DNA of 64,000 nucleotides from a virus: IMG/VR virus record IMGVR_UViG_3300028653_000010; one strand, 5' to 3'. Shown piece by piece: positions 1 to 9,515 of this stretch (position 1 is its first letter; each line of letters starts with the position of its first letter). The notes under the pieces were generated by a model. It saw only the letters and a program-made list of their open reading frames with translations, ran no database searches and was not told where the DNA came from. The position numbers and the translations under genes were made by a program.

Positions 1-18
1 AATCGCCTTGGTACTCAT
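1..18 (-). CDS. 5' end of a gene running off the window (MSTKAI...)
   Basis: ATG at 18 on the minus strand, with AGGT-rich SD-like sequence and a TTGGTGTA motif (44-51) upstream. Confidence 0.4.
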
Positions 19-75
19 CTGGACCTACCTTTTGGGTGATAGTTACACCAAAGTAGCCAGTAGTACAAGAAAAAG

Positions 76-546
76 TTATACCGCGGCGATTCGCCCTTTA
101 TTGCGTCTGGGCGTGGGTGGTTTTAAGGTAGGCTCAAGATTCTGGCTGACCTGTTCAAGTATGTCCTCTAATTCCAGCTCATCTGTATAGCTGACCCCGT
201 CATCAAGATCCACGATATCTACTTCGAACGATGAGCCATCGATAACCAAGTACCCAGGATGAAGACCATCGTGGACTTCCCGATGGCAATTGGCGCAGAG
301 CAGGTGACACTTATCCAATTCAGCCTGGATGACCTCGAATGAAATTATCCGGTCGGAGATGTTGAACTCCTTATTCAGCGGATCTGGATGGTGAAATTCG
401 AGTGCACCCAAGCACTTTTGGTACCCACAGATCTCGCACTTCCCACCCTTGTAGGCAACCGCCTGCTCTCGGAGAGCCCTTCTTTTCAAGTTGGCTCTCC
501 GACGTACTTCCCAACTGTCATCGTAATCTTCAGGAGGCATGCACAT
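76..546 (-). CDS. HNH endonuclease
   Basis: CEICGY...LEFHH...CHLLCANCHREVH: zinc-binding HNH signature, followed by an acidic tail. Confidence 0.85.
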   Translation of the reverse strand: MCMPPEDYDDSWEVRRRANLKRRALREQAVAYKGGKCEICGYQKCLGALEFHHPDPLNKEFNISDRIISFEVIQAELDKCHLLCANCHREVHDGLHPGYLVIDGSSFEVDIVDLDDGVSYTDELELEDILEQVSQNLEPTLKPPTPRRNKGRIAAV

Positions 547-604
547 AGAGACATTTTATAGATAGAAATTTGGCCAACCTCATCAAGGTAAGTAGGGTGA
601 CCTA

Positions 605-847
605 ATGCAAATAACACCATTTCATCAGGACGCATTGCGAGTACTTCAATCAGGACCTTGGGACCCAACCACATTTGGAGTTGTCAGTGTTTATGTCACC
701 GAGGAAGGGAGTCACTTGGAAGCGCACATTGACTTGATGACGGAGAATCCTATTCAGTTCGAGATCGATTGCTACGAGTGGAGAGGGACAATGCTGTATC
801 TGAGCACCCGCGGTGTCATGAAATGGGTTTTCAAGGCCTTGGATTGA
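605..847 (+). CDS. hypothetical protein
   Basis: 80-aa ORF filling the gap before dam; plausible composition. Confidence 0.55.
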   Translation: MQITPFHQDALRVLQSGPWDPTTFGVVSVYVTEEGSHLEAHIDLMTENPIQFEIDCYEWRGTMLYLSTRGVMKWVFKALD

Positions 848-853
848 TAGCAC

Positions 854-861
854 TCGGTGTA
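854..861 (+). promoter_or_regulatory. TCGGTGTA putative phage promoter element (dam)
   Basis: One of about 14 copies just upstream of start codons; 11 nt before ATG 873. Confidence 0.6.
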
Positions 862-872
862 CCAGTGGGGGC

Positions 873-1694
873 ATGACAACAGCAGAACCCGTAGTTAAGT
901 GGGCCGGTGGTAAGAGACAGATACTTGCCCATATCCGCAGGCGACTATCTAAGAAGATCGCTACCTACTACGAACCCTTCATCGGTGGAGGGGCTGTATA
1001 CTTTGCACTCTACAACCGCAAGGTGTTCGAGCGCGCGGTCATAGCCGATGTGAACCAGGAACTCATTGACACCTATTTGCTACTTGCTGATGGTCGAGTT
1101 GATGAGTTAGTTGCTATCTTGAGGACATATCAGAACAACCGTGAGTTTTTCAATCAGATTAGAGCACTCAACCCATCTGAGCTAACTCAAGTGCTCAGGG
1201 TAGCGCGGTTCCTATTCCTGAACAAGACAGCATTCAATGGGTTGTATCGAGTCAATGGGAGTGGTGGCTTCAATGTCCCATTTGGTGACTATGCAAACCC
1301 AAACTTCTGTGATGCCCAAAGGTTCAGGGAAGCTGCGCGGGCTCTCCAAGGTACACTCATCAAGTGCGTGGACTACGAGAGCGCTATAGCCGATGCCAAG
1401 CCTGGGGACACCATCTATTTCGATCCCCCCTACCTTCCCAAGAGTGAAACTGCAAACTTCACAGCGTACACTGACAAGGGGTTCGGTATTCAAGAGCACA
1501 CTCGACTCGCGCGAGTCTTCAAGGAGAAGGCCGACGCTGGGGTCTCGGTACTACTATCAAACTCTGACACCAAGATAGCTCGAGAACTATATCGGGGCTT
1601 CAGGATCTCACGAGTCCAAGCCGTGAGATCCATCAACAGTGATGGAGACAAGCGCGGCCCCATCGGAGAGCTACTCATCAGCGCTAACCTCTGA
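873..1694 (+). CDS. dam: DNA adenine methyltransferase (Dam/D12 family)
   Basis: KWAGGK, EPFIGGGAV (SAM-binding), FNGLYRVN, catalytic DPPY. Confidence 0.95.
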   Translation: MTTAEPVVKWAGGKRQILAHIRRRLSKKIATYYEPFIGGGAVYFALYNRKVFERAVIADVNQELIDTYLLLADGRVDELVAILRTYQNNREFFNQIRALNPSELTQVLRVARFLFLNKTAFNGLYRVNGSGGFNVPFGDYANPNFCDAQRFREAARALQGTLIKCVDYESAIADAKPGDTIYFDPPYLPKSETANFTAYTDKGFGIQEHTRLARVFKEKADAGVSVLLSNSDTKIARELYRGFRISRVQAVRSINSDGDKRGPIGELLISANL

Positions 1695-2679
1695 GGTCAG
1701 CTGGAAGATTGCGCTGATTAGCAACCACGTAGTTGTCAATGAGTTCTAGGATCTTCAAGTAGGGGTTGTAGTGTCCCTCCTCTACTTGAGTGGTAAATCC
1801 GGCAGCCTTTGTGTGCCCACCACCCCCATAGAACTTAGCCAATTTAGAGACATCGAAGGCTGTACGACTTCGACAAGAACAGACCAACTTCAGGCCTTTG
1901 CTGAACTCTGTTGACCATTGCTCCCGATCAGGGTCTACTTCATTGTAGTAACTGAATCCGACGACAACGTCTACCTCAGATGCCTCACCGAACATCTCGG
2001 CCGCGTCACTTGAATTGGATGCCCCCTGGAGGATAGCCACTCTGAGACCATTGATACTGGTTCGAAATGAACCACCAACCGCTTTCGTGATCTTGCGCAT
2101 GTGCTCAGCAAACAGCATGTCCCCGACACTCTGGCGGAACTTCCATCGGTCGAGGTCCCCAAAGATTGGAGCCTTCAGGCACTCCTCTTCTCCGAAGAAC
2201 ATCACCCAAGAAGCTTGGGCACAGGATTCAGCCCAACGCGGGCTCTTAGTCTGCCAGGTGTCTCGGATACCAGCCACAAGGGCGAAGTCAGCTACTTCGC
2301 CCATTGGGCCAAGTAGCGGAACCCATACCTCTCGATAGGCTAGGACTGCCCCACAGACTCCAGGTTCTACCTTCTCGTCCGCGAACACCCCATGCTCCCC
2401 GAACTTAGCAACAACATCCTGAGCCCCCTTGTGATGGTCTAGAACAATGGCTCCAGCGTCGACGAACTCCTGAACTCTATCATGTGGAGGAGTGGCGTCA
2501 CAGAACAACATCCCAGGGATAGCTTGGAGGTTAGTATACTCGTTTGTTCCATACTGGAGGAACACAACAGGACGATTGAGAGCATGCTTCAGGATCATAC
2601 CTGAAGCAGTACCGTCAGGGCAGTTCTTGTGAACTAGGATTGTGTGAACGTTGTTAAGGTCTTCGAGAGAGAGCGACAT
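1684..2679 (-). CDS. DHH/DHHA1 family phosphoesterase
   Basis: HKNCPDG, LDHHK and C-terminal GGGGHTKAAG motifs. Confidence 0.85.
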   Translation of the reverse strand: MSLSLEDLNNVHTILVHKNCPDGTASGMILKHALNRPVVFLQYGTNEYTNLQAIPGMLFCDATPPHDRVQEFVDAGAIVLDHHKGAQDVVAKFGEHGVFADEKVEPGVCGAVLAYREVWVPLLGPMGEVADFALVAGIRDTWQTKSPRWAESCAQASWVMFFGEEECLKAPIFGDLDRWKFRQSVGDMLFAEHMRKITKAVGGSFRTSINGLRVAILQGASNSSDAAEMFGEASEVDVVVGFSYYNEVDPDREQWSTEFSKGLKLVCSCRSRTAFDVSKLAKFYGGGGHTKAAGFTTQVEEGHYNPYLKILELIDNYVVANQRNLPADLRG

Positions 2680-2688
2680 CCCCCTCGG

Positions 2689-2696
2689 TACACCGA
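2689..2696 (-). promoter_or_regulatory. TCGGTGTA motif
   Basis: 9 nt upstream of ATG 2679. Confidence 0.6.
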
Positions 2697-3188
2697 CTAA
2701 CGCTCAGACTTCCTCAGTGCATCTTGCTTGGTACGAATCTCGTCAAACAGTATGTTTCTAAGTGACTGAGAGACAATCTTCTCACGCTCTTCTTTGGTGC
2801 TCGAGTACCAAGCGTTCAAGTTCCCCGTACTAGTTAGTCGACTCAACTCAGAGAGTAACTTCTTCTGAAGATCATACTCACCAAACTGAAGTGGAGCTTC
2901 TACAAACTGGTTAGCACTCGGGCTCCGTTCCTCTTCCGGGATCTCTTCAAACTGCTTTGAAAGCTTGGTGGCAACTCTCATAGCCTCCAATGACTTTTCG
3001 AATGCATCAATCGCTTGCTCTTCAAGAGCGGTGTCACCAGCAAAGATAGAGTTGCACAGTAACCTGAAAGCATCGAACCCAGCCATAAAGGCTGTGAATT
3101 GAACCTGAGTTTTCAGCTCAGGCATCGATTGCTTCATAGCCTGAGCCATGATGTTCATTGCGTTGTCGGGAAGCTGTTCAGTAGGCAT
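2697..3188 (-). CDS. hypothetical helical protein
   Basis: Probable start MPTEQ at 3188, just after the upstream stop (the ORF track extends it to 3239). Confidence 0.7.
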   Translation of the reverse strand: MPTEQLPDNAMNIMAQAMKQSMPELKTQVQFTAFMAGFDAFRLLCNSIFAGDTALEEQAIDAFEKSLEAMRVATKLSKQFEEIPEEERSPSANQFVEAPLQFGEYDLQKKLLSELSRLTSTGNLNAWYSSTKEEREKIVSQSLRNILFDEIRTKQDALRKSER

Positions 3189-3193
3189 AGTCT

Positions 3194-3499
3194 TCACGAT
3201 ACTGGGGTGTTGGGGGTTGCGTCTGCTAACTTCTTGCAAAAGGCGTCTGCAACCGCCTCAGCCTTCGAGATCGATACACCATAGGCTCTAAAACCAGCTA
3301 CTAGTGTGCCACGAATGAGTTGTAGTGCGGTGTCTTTGTTGCTCATAAGACGAGCGCAAGGTTTGCACAAGGCAACCTCGAAGGGAACCTTACCGCCTGA
3401 CATCCTTGCTATAGCCGCGGTCTCAGTCTCCTTGACCTTGAAGACTTCCAACTCACTGACTTCACGCTCACGACCACAGATAGCGCAATTGTGCTTCAC
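3194..3499 (-). CDS. hypothetical zinc-binding protein
   Basis: CAIC...CKPC pairs; 4-nt overlap with the upstream gene. Confidence 0.7.
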   Translation of the reverse strand: MKHNCAICGREREVSELEVFKVKETETAAIARMSGGKVPFEVALCKPCARLMSNKDTALQLIRGTLVAGFRAYGVSISKAEAVADAFCKKLADATPNTPVS

Positions 3500-4137
3500 A
3501 CCCTATCTCCGTATTCCCTTAGGATAATCCCATCCAGGGTATCCAAGTCGATCTGTTCAGTACAGACCTTGTCGGCCATGAGCAGAGCAGCACCAATCGG
3601 CATAGTTAGAAGTTGGAGCTTGAACTTTCGGAGCAACAACTCTTGCTCTCGATGAAAGGAGTCAACCACCCTCTTCCTAGGAAGTAACTTGGTTTTTGTA
3701 CTGGAGATCCTATGAGGATGGCAGTAGTGTGGGTCGCTTGTAGCGTAGTAGGACCTGCAGATTAGAGGGCGGGTAGAGTAGACGGTGCACTTGTTATCAG
3801 TACCCAGGAGTGGACAAGGGATCAACGCCCTAAGCCACACCTCAGGAGTCAACTCGAACTGCATTTCAGCTGACTTCTTTAGCTCTTCCTTCAGCTTCAG
3901 CGACCACTTACCCTGCTTGACCAACCACCGGTAGATAGTGATGCCCTCCAGAATCGATATAGCTACTGGATGGTGACAACACCACGCGCAACCAGGAGTA
4001 CAAGTGACAGGTCCTTTTGAGACCTTGAAGTCAAATCGAACCTTGCGCTCGAACTCAGTCATCAGGTTAACTCGAAGCAAGTTCACCTTGTTGACCGAGG
4101 ACTCGATGAGGATGGGAAGGTGGCGTTTACTTGTCAT
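3496..4137 (-). CDS. YkgJ/CxxCxxCC family cysteine-cluster protein
   Basis: CTPGCAWCC...CPLL...CTVYSTRPLICRSY. Confidence 0.85.
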   Translation of the reverse strand: MTSKRHLPILIESSVNKVNLLRVNLMTEFERKVRFDFKVSKGPVTCTPGCAWCCHHPVAISILEGITIYRWLVKQGKWSLKLKEELKKSAEMQFELTPEVWLRALIPCPLLGTDNKCTVYSTRPLICRSYYATSDPHYCHPHRISSTKTKLLPRKRVVDSFHREQELLLRKFKLQLLTMPIGAALLMADKVCTEQIDLDTLDGIILREYGDRV

Positions 4138-4654
4138 TCGATTCGAACCCCTTCAAGATTCTTGAGTATCTCGTGTAGGGTTCTGGACTTGGTGCTACTG
4201 CAGCCTTTGCTGCCTTGCGCTTAGCTACGGTTCCAATCGTCTGCTGGACTGTAACTCGAATGACAGAGCCATTCCGATGGGTAGCTAGGATAAGAACCCC
4301 AGGACGAATCTTGCACGCAGGGTTCACGAAGAAGGATCCACCCTCGCGTAGTGGATCACTTGGAATCCAATCAACCCAAGGTTCGAGGACGATCTCACCC
4401 CTCCCAGGAAGCCCAGGGATCACCATCTTCACGAAAGGGCCAGCAGCTGACTTGATCGGAGCAGTCAGTAGCTGCCACTTCTTTGATGGGTTGACGATGA
4501 CCTGAAGATCTTCGGGATTAGTAGTCTCGAACTCACGGGGTAGTTCGACGCGTTCACCAAGCTGATTGAACAGGGCTACTACGCGAGCTGCCCTGTCGTA
4601 GCTTAGAATGAACCATCGCTGGTCCTTGTAGTTTACGAGATCACCTACGTCCAC
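4127..4654 (-). CDS. hypothetical protein with C-terminal TRYSRIL motif
   Basis: GTG start at 4654 preferred because an ATGGTGTA motif (4665-4672) lies 10 nt upstream; the ORF track starts it at 4687. Confidence 0.7.
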   Translation of the reverse strand: MDVGDLVNYKDQRWFILSYDRAARVVALFNQLGERVELPREFETTNPEDLQVIVNPSKKWQLLTAPIKSAAGPFVKMVIPGLPGRGEIVLEPWVDWIPSDPLREGGSFFVNPACKIRPGVLILATHRNGSVIRVTVQQTIGTVAKRKAAKAAVAPSPEPYTRYSRILKGFESNDK

Positions 4655-4679
4655 AATGGGAGTATACACCATCGGAGGA

Positions 4680-4704
4680 GGGGCCAAAAGATAATCTTGG
4701 CCCC
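4680..4704 (-). terminator. hairpin, probable terminator after the 4720-5499 gene
   Basis: GGGGCCAA-N9-TTGGCCCC inverted repeat. Confidence 0.5.
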
Positions 4705-4719
4705 GTGGGCTAGGCTAGT

Positions 4720-5499
4720 CTAATCGAGTGGAATACTGCCACTCATCATCTGATCCACAGTAGAGAATGACTCGGCAACACTAATCGGAGGAGGAGCTTC
4801 AGACTCACCTCTTGGTGGTTCCACCTGCTCTTCTACTTCTTCTAGAACAGGACTTACAGTTGGACTAGCGGTAACCGATGACTTTGGTGTCGGCTCAGGT
4901 TCTTCAGTGTCAGGCTTGGGGGGCTTCGAACCACCCTTGGTCGAATTAAACTTACCCGTGTAGTAAGGGTTGGTCGGATCAAGATGATAAACCCCACGCT
5001 CCCCCTCCTTGCGTTGGAAGATGTCGCCTTCACTCGACAAGGTGAATCGAATATACCCCATAGGATCTCTAGAGTTTGGCAGCCAACCCTTGGCTTTCAA
5101 CAATTCGTGAATCTGTTGAGCCTTCATATCCTTGTTGCGCATCACAATCTGGATGGCATCAATGATCCGCGGTGCCTTTCCGCTCGCTACTTTGATTGGC
5201 TTAGTCGGTGGGGTCGACTTCTTATGCTTCTTCTTTTTCTTGCTAGTCGAGGAAGTACTCACAGAGGTTGCGGAGTGGTGTTTGGTTGAGCTGACGGGGT
5301 GAGTTTCAGTACCGAGTAGCGTAGTGATAGTTGAATCACCATCAACATCGATATGCAAATCATCTATCCCGGCAATCGACTTCTTAATCTCTGAAATCCT
5401 CTGATTTGAGAGAGCCAGGACCTTCCTTTGGAATTCAATCTCGATGGCCAGAAGAGCTTCCAATCGCGACCTATGAAGGTCTGCAATACTAGTTGGCAT
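4720..5499 (-). CDS. putative DNA-binding protein (coiled coil, basic linker, winged-helix-like domain)
   Basis: IIDAIQIVM...MKAQQIHELLKAKGWLP...IRFTLS...IFQRKEGERGVYHL resembles a winged HTH; poly-K linker. Confidence 0.6.
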   Translation of the reverse strand: MPTSIADLHRSRLEALLAIEIEFQRKVLALSNQRISEIKKSIAGIDDLHIDVDGDSTITTLLGTETHPVSSTKHHSATSVSTSSTSKKKKKHKKSTPPTKPIKVASGKAPRIIDAIQIVMRNKDMKAQQIHELLKAKGWLPNSRDPMGYIRFTLSSEGDIFQRKEGERGVYHLDPTNPYYTGKFNSTKGGSKPPKPDTEEPEPTPKSSVTASPTVSPVLEEVEEQVEPPRGESEAPPPISVAESFSTVDQMMSGSIPLD

Positions 5500-5559
5500 A
5501 GTCCGATCCTTTCAGATGTACCTCGACCCGAGTTGGGACTTTATTAGACAGGCGAGCGA

Positions 5560-5588
5560 ATAGTACTTTAGGACCAATTAGGGTGCAA
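5560..5588 (-). promoter_or_regulatory. sigma70-type promoter
   Basis: TTGCAC-17 nt-TACTAT on the minus strand, about 60 nt upstream of ATG 5499. Confidence 0.65.
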
Positions 5589-5614
5589 GCCTTAATCCTA
5601 GATTCGGGTTAGTT

Positions 5615-6139
5615 TCACTTTAGGGAAAGTCGGTCTATGATCTTCAGATGCAACAAGCTTTCGGAACCTTCGTGAATGCTGTCAAAATTACATTTTTGCA
5701 CTTGAAAACAAGTGGCAAGAACACCAGGGCCGGCCTTAAGACCATCGCAGTGTTCGCATAGATCAGTACCAAAGTTTGATCGATATCGGAGACGCGCACC
5801 CTCGTTCAAAGCTTCGTGGTACGCGGCCCTTAGATCTTCAGCTGCAAGATAAGCTTTTTCGAAGTCCCCTTCAAGGAAGGCCTTGAATAGGGTCTCAGAC
5901 GGGTCAACTACTCGAGTACCCGGAATTCTCGTGCCAGGTCTGTGTCCGAGATGATCCCGTAGCCTCGAAGAATTTTCTCTGACCGACCCTCCTGAATTGC
6001 CTTCTTGAGAGAGTACGTCCGCTGGTCTCCTGTCTTCTCCGCCAACCGAATCGCCTTCGAAGCTAGAGTGTCCCATTCCGCTGGGCTCTTTGGTAAATTG
6101 GACTTCTTCTCCGTCATCAATCTTGTTTTCATTAGTCAT
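5615..6139 (-). CDS. hypothetical protein with Cys-rich C-terminus (start uncertain)
   Basis: C-terminal half (CEHC...C...C) looks protein-like; N-terminal half overlaps the 5908-6132 ORF in another frame. Confidence 0.5.
   Translation of the reverse strand: MTNENKIDDGEEVQFTKEPSGMGHSSFEGDSVGGEDRRPADVLSQEGNSGGSVRENSSRLRDHLGHRPGTRIPGTRVVDPSETLFKAFLEGDFEKAYLAAEDLRAAYHEALNEGARLRYRSNFGTDLCEHCDGLKAGPGVLATCFQVQKCNFDSIHEGSESLLHLKIIDRLSLK
5908..6132 (-). CDS. small basic hypothetical protein
   Basis: TAATG coupling to the upstream stop; helical, protein-like composition. Confidence 0.55.
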   Translation of the reverse strand: MKTRLMTEKKSNLPKSPAEWDTLASKAIRLAEKTGDQRTYSLKKAIQEGRSEKILRGYGIISDTDLAREFRVLE

Positions 6140-6482
6140 GATCCCCGAGAGAATCCTCAAGTTTTTTCAGTTTCGAGTCAATAACCTCATCCCCTTGATA
6201 CAGCAGCCTGAGGATCTCCTTTACCACTAACTCGCATTGACCTTGGCGTATCACTAAGGATTCAAAGGTATTCTTGATGTGAGTGACACTTTCGAGCAGG
6301 CCCTCAGCACCCTCCAAGTCTCCAACCAACGCTTCCATCTTGTTGGCAGCAACGATGAACTCATTGATCTTAGGAGCTAGTTCAGTCAGACTACTGAGGC
6401 TTGATAGGCCTTCAATAACCTTTAGAGGATTGCTGATCCCTTTGCGTTCTTGTTGGCGCCGGATTTTACGTAACGCACTCAT
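6132..6482 (-). CDS. hypothetical coiled-coil protein
   Basis: 116-aa ORF with ATGA coupling. Confidence 0.7.
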   Translation of the reverse strand: MSALRKIRRQQERKGISNPLKVIEGLSSLSSLTELAPKINEFIVAANKMEALVGDLEGAEGLLESVTHIKNTFESLVIRQGQCELVVKEILRLLYQGDEVIDSKLKKLEDSLGDHD

Positions 6483-6820
6483 CGATCCGTCGTGCTCCCA
6501 CGATAAATTGTGTAGTATGGAAGACAGTCAGCCTTGTTGAACTCACTCTGAGCTAGGTCATCCTCTTGCGTAGTCGGCAGCAAGGGTACCTGCTCCAAGA
6601 GTTGAAGGATCTCAAGGCAAGTCGTCACGCGTGCAAGATCTAGCCGGGCTTGTGGGTTGTGCTGGATGATATCCACTACTTGAGCCTTACCCACTCCACC
6701 CTGATCTAGCATGCAAACTCCGCCTTCAAACCAGTAGTTGTTACTCACATCCCCGTCACACAACGAGGGTACTACCATCCCCTCGCAACGGTCCCAGCAG
6801 CTTGGTTCGGTGTCTGACAT
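6479..6820 (-). CDS. hypothetical protein
   Basis: ATG 6820 preceded by GAGGA and a TCGGTGTC motif variant (6830-6837). Confidence 0.6.
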   Translation of the reverse strand: MSDTEPSCWDRCEGMVVPSLCDGDVSNNYWFEGGVCMLDQGGVGKAQVVDIIQHNPQARLDLARVTTCLEILQLLEQVPLLPTTQEDDLAQSEFNKADCLPYYTIYRGSTTDR

Positions 6821-6850
6821 GATCCTCAAGACACCGAACAGACAAGAATT

Positions 6851-7105
6851 TCATCGGGGGAGCCACTCCATCTTGAAGACTCCTTTGGACTCTCCTGAAA
6901 TGACTACATGATAGTTGACCCCATTGAATATTTTTCTGGATGCTTGGTACGATGGACTATCGTGAGTTCTGACAAACTCAACTACCCTAGCTATGAAGTC
7001 ATCTGGGTTACTTGTCTCAACCGATGATTCTGCCTCTTCAAGAGTGAAGTCTGGTGAGTTAGCGTTGAGTGCTTCTTGCAGTGGTGATAATTCTTCGAGA
7101 TCCAT
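6851..7105 (-). CDS. hypothetical protein
   Basis: 84-aa acidic ORF within the operon. Confidence 0.65.
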   Translation of the reverse strand: MDLEELSPLQEALNANSPDFTLEEAESSVETSNPDDFIARVVEFVRTHDSPSYQASRKIFNGVNYHVVISGESKGVFKMEWLPR

Positions 7106-7107
7106 GG

Positions 7108-7965
7108 CTAACCTTGCAGAATCTTCAGGTGCTCTCTACTTGAATCACTTCGATGGTGGTTATTCGAGCGATCAGCCGCATAGCAGTATTTACACCCGAC
7201 GCTGCACGACTCGTTGATTCCAAAAGGATCCACCATCAAGACACAACCGCATCCCTCCGACGGGGGCTTGTCACGCTTCGGGAGAGCAAAGTCCTCAGGT
7301 GGAGCGCAAACCCCAGATCCAACATTAGGGTGCAGGTCAGGATGCTGCATTAATAGCTTGTCTTCATTGCACAAAAGGACCCTGACCCCATACTGTTGGG
7401 CTACTTCACCCATCTGAACCAATATGTCCAAGCGATCACCCTCCGAGCGAGTCTCAGGCATCAAATCATTCTCTTGAAGGAACGAGGCATAGACCCTCTT
7501 CATTCCTTCTTCCGAAGACCGAGCCATAATGAGCTGAAAGCGCCGGATTAGTTCGTCTTGGGGTAGTATTGGGATCGGAGAGAACCTCCAGTAGACATTA
7601 TCAGGACCTAGTAGATGATTGGCCAACGACAGTAGGTTAGCCCCATTGTTGATGTCAGGAGCCTTGGGCTCGACTTCTTCCCACCCCGTCACCGTGACGT
7701 GGAGCTTGACCTTGTACCCCTTCTCAGGCAAGTTCTCCCAGATGACATTGGTTGGATCTTTCGTCCAAAAGATCAGACCAAGGGTGTCATCGGCGCGCAG
7801 AGACCACCGATAGGGTACCATCTGCTCTGGATGAAAGCCTAGCATCTCCCTTTGCTTCATGATTGCTTTGAAAAAGTCCCACTTGTCCATTGGGACATCA
7901 GTCCAGCGTGAGAGCGAGTACGGGAAGTTGAGTTCCTTCCCACTGAGTGCTTTGGGGTTAGCCAT
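7108..7965 (-). CDS. DUF1848-like (spore photoproduct lyase/radical-SAM related) protein
   Basis: SRWTDVP, IFWTKDP, WRFSPI, C-terminal CGC...CSVGCKYCYA. Confidence 0.75.
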   Translation of the reverse strand: MANPKALSGKELNFPYSLSRWTDVPMDKWDFFKAIMKQREMLGFHPEQMVPYRWSLRADDTLGLIFWTKDPTNVIWENLPEKGYKVKLHVTVTGWEEVEPKAPDINNGANLLSLANHLLGPDNVYWRFSPIPILPQDELIRRFQLIMARSSEEGMKRVYASFLQENDLMPETRSEGDRLDILVQMGEVAQQYGVRVLLCNEDKLLMQHPDLHPNVGSGVCAPPEDFALPKRDKPPSEGCGCVLMVDPFGINESCSVGCKYCYAADRSNNHHRSDSSREHLKILQG

Positions 7966-7989
7966 CGTGGATCAGAGTACCCTTTAGAG

Positions 7990-7997
7990 CCGGTGTA
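7990..7997 (+). promoter_or_regulatory. CCGGTGTA motif
   Basis: 12 nt upstream of ATG 8010. Confidence 0.6.
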
Positions 7998-8009
7998 TTC
8001 AATTGGCAA

Positions 8010-8567
8010 ATGGGAAGACTAAACGATCTAGTGACCGAATCGTACAAGATTGCTATGGAGCATGGGTGGCATGACGAGGAGAGATCTCTTGCAGCTCTCA
8101 CCTTGCTCATGCAGAGTGAGGTAGCCGAGATCCTAGAAGAGTATCGAAAGCACAAGGGACTCACTGAAGTCTGGTATGAAGTGCACCACGAAGCTGATGG
8201 GTGCCACTACACCACGATCGGCGCACCCGGTGACAAGCCTTGCGGAATACCCGTTGAGCTTGCGGACCTGGTAATTCGTATAGCTGACTACTGCGGAAAG
8301 TACAACATAGATCTGGAGACTTACGTCAAGAACGGCCCACAACCACTTACAGAGGCTGACTTTGAAGAATGGTTGGCGCGCATTAACTACGCTCTGTCCA
8401 AAGCTTGGTCAGATCACGTACTAGGGATGGCTTTCTGGATGGCTGTAGCCGTGACTTATTCCTTCCAAATGGCTGAGGTCGTTGGTATAGATCTATGGGC
8501 AGTCATTGATGAGAAGACCGCTTTCAACCGGACAAGGCCCTATCGTCATGGCGGCAAGAAAATCTAA
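8010..8567 (+). CDS. MazG-like NTP pyrophosphohydrolase
   Basis: SEVAEILEEYR, ELADLVIRIAD, EKTAFNRTRPYRHGGK. Confidence 0.8.
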   Translation: MGRLNDLVTESYKIAMEHGWHDEERSLAALTLLMQSEVAEILEEYRKHKGLTEVWYEVHHEADGCHYTTIGAPGDKPCGIPVELADLVIRIADYCGKYNIDLETYVKNGPQPLTEADFEEWLARINYALSKAWSDHVLGMAFWMAVAVTYSFQMAEVVGIDLWAVIDEKTAFNRTRPYRHGGKKI

Positions 8568-9225
8568 GGCTCCAAAGGCCCCGCCGCCGGAATACGAAGA
8601 ACTTCGTCACACCAAGCCATTTATCATAGGGGCCGACGAGTGCGGGTACGGTAGCTGGGCTGGTCCCCTCATAGTTTGCGCGGTTGCGGTCAAGCACGAT
8701 TGGCGACCGCCCAAGGACTTAAATGACTCGAAGAAGGTCCGCCCCAAGAAGAGGGAGGAGCTGTTCGGATGGCTGAAGTCCAGGGTACCCTATGCAATCG
8801 CCATGGCTCAATCGGAAGAAATTGACCGTCATGGGGTCATGCTGTCCTTACGCCGGTGCTACCGAGAAGTGGTCCAGTCCATCCTCGCCCAGTACCCGGA
8901 GTCGCTCATCATACTCGACGGTGAAGTCAAACTACCCGGAGTTAACCACCTGAACTTCCCTGAAGCCGATGGCATTGTCCCCGCGGTGATGGCAGCCAGC
9001 ATCATTGGCAAGGTACTACACGACCGTTACATGTGGCAGCTGGCCGAGAAGTACCCTGGATACAACCTCCACGAGAATCAAGGATACGGAACCAAAGAGC
9101 ATCAGGAAGCTATCAAACGCCTAGGGGTCACTCCAATCCATCGTATCACCTACATCAAGACAGAGAAGCTCAAGACCATTGAAGAGATGCAGGCGGCGGA
9201 TGACGTTGGGATCTCTCTCAGCTAG
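8548..9225 (+). CDS. rnhB: ribonuclease HII
   Basis: GADECGYGSWAGP, LNDSKK, AASIIGK, GYGTKEH; start MAARK at 8548 preferred. Confidence 0.92.
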   Translation: MAARKSKAPKAPPPEYEELRHTKPFIIGADECGYGSWAGPLIVCAVAVKHDWRPPKDLNDSKKVRPKKREELFGWLKSRVPYAIAMAQSEEIDRHGVMLSLRRCYREVVQSILAQYPESLIILDGEVKLPGVNHLNFPEADGIVPAVMAASIIGKVLHDRYMWQLAEKYPGYNLHENQGYGTKEHQEAIKRLGVTPIHRITYIKTEKLKTIEEMQAADDVGISLS

Positions 9226-9515
9226 CATGTGCAAGGGTTGCAGATAGGACAGACGTCATCCCCATGCTTGTCACACTCGATGGGGATGGCGCAGCTTATT
9301 GCTAGCCTCAAGGGGCAGTCCTCCTTGTGTTGTCTTACCAGCTCACAGACGCACTGAAGGTGACCGCAATCGCAGTCCTCGACCCTACCGGCCTTCTTGA
9401 AGTCCTCCAGGCTCATCTCTCTAGAACCTGGAGGGAGCACACCGTTCAAAACGCAGTCGGCTTGCTGTTCTGGTGTTGTGGAAGCTGGGACTATAAGGAC
9501 CTCGGGGAACCTCAT
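9222..9515 (-). CDS. Cys-rich hypothetical protein
   Basis: Many Cys/His residues (CDCGHLQCVC...CPICNPCTC). Confidence 0.6.
   Translation of the reverse strand: MRFPEVLIVPASTTPEQQADCVLNGVLPPGSREMSLEDFKKAGRVEDCDCGHLQCVCELVRQHKEDCPLRLAISCAIPIECDKHGDDVCPICNPCTC

Noticed and set aside
3496-7965. Short HL(P/K)I(L/I) motif at the termini of three proteins
   Set aside because: Too short and common to distinguish from chance
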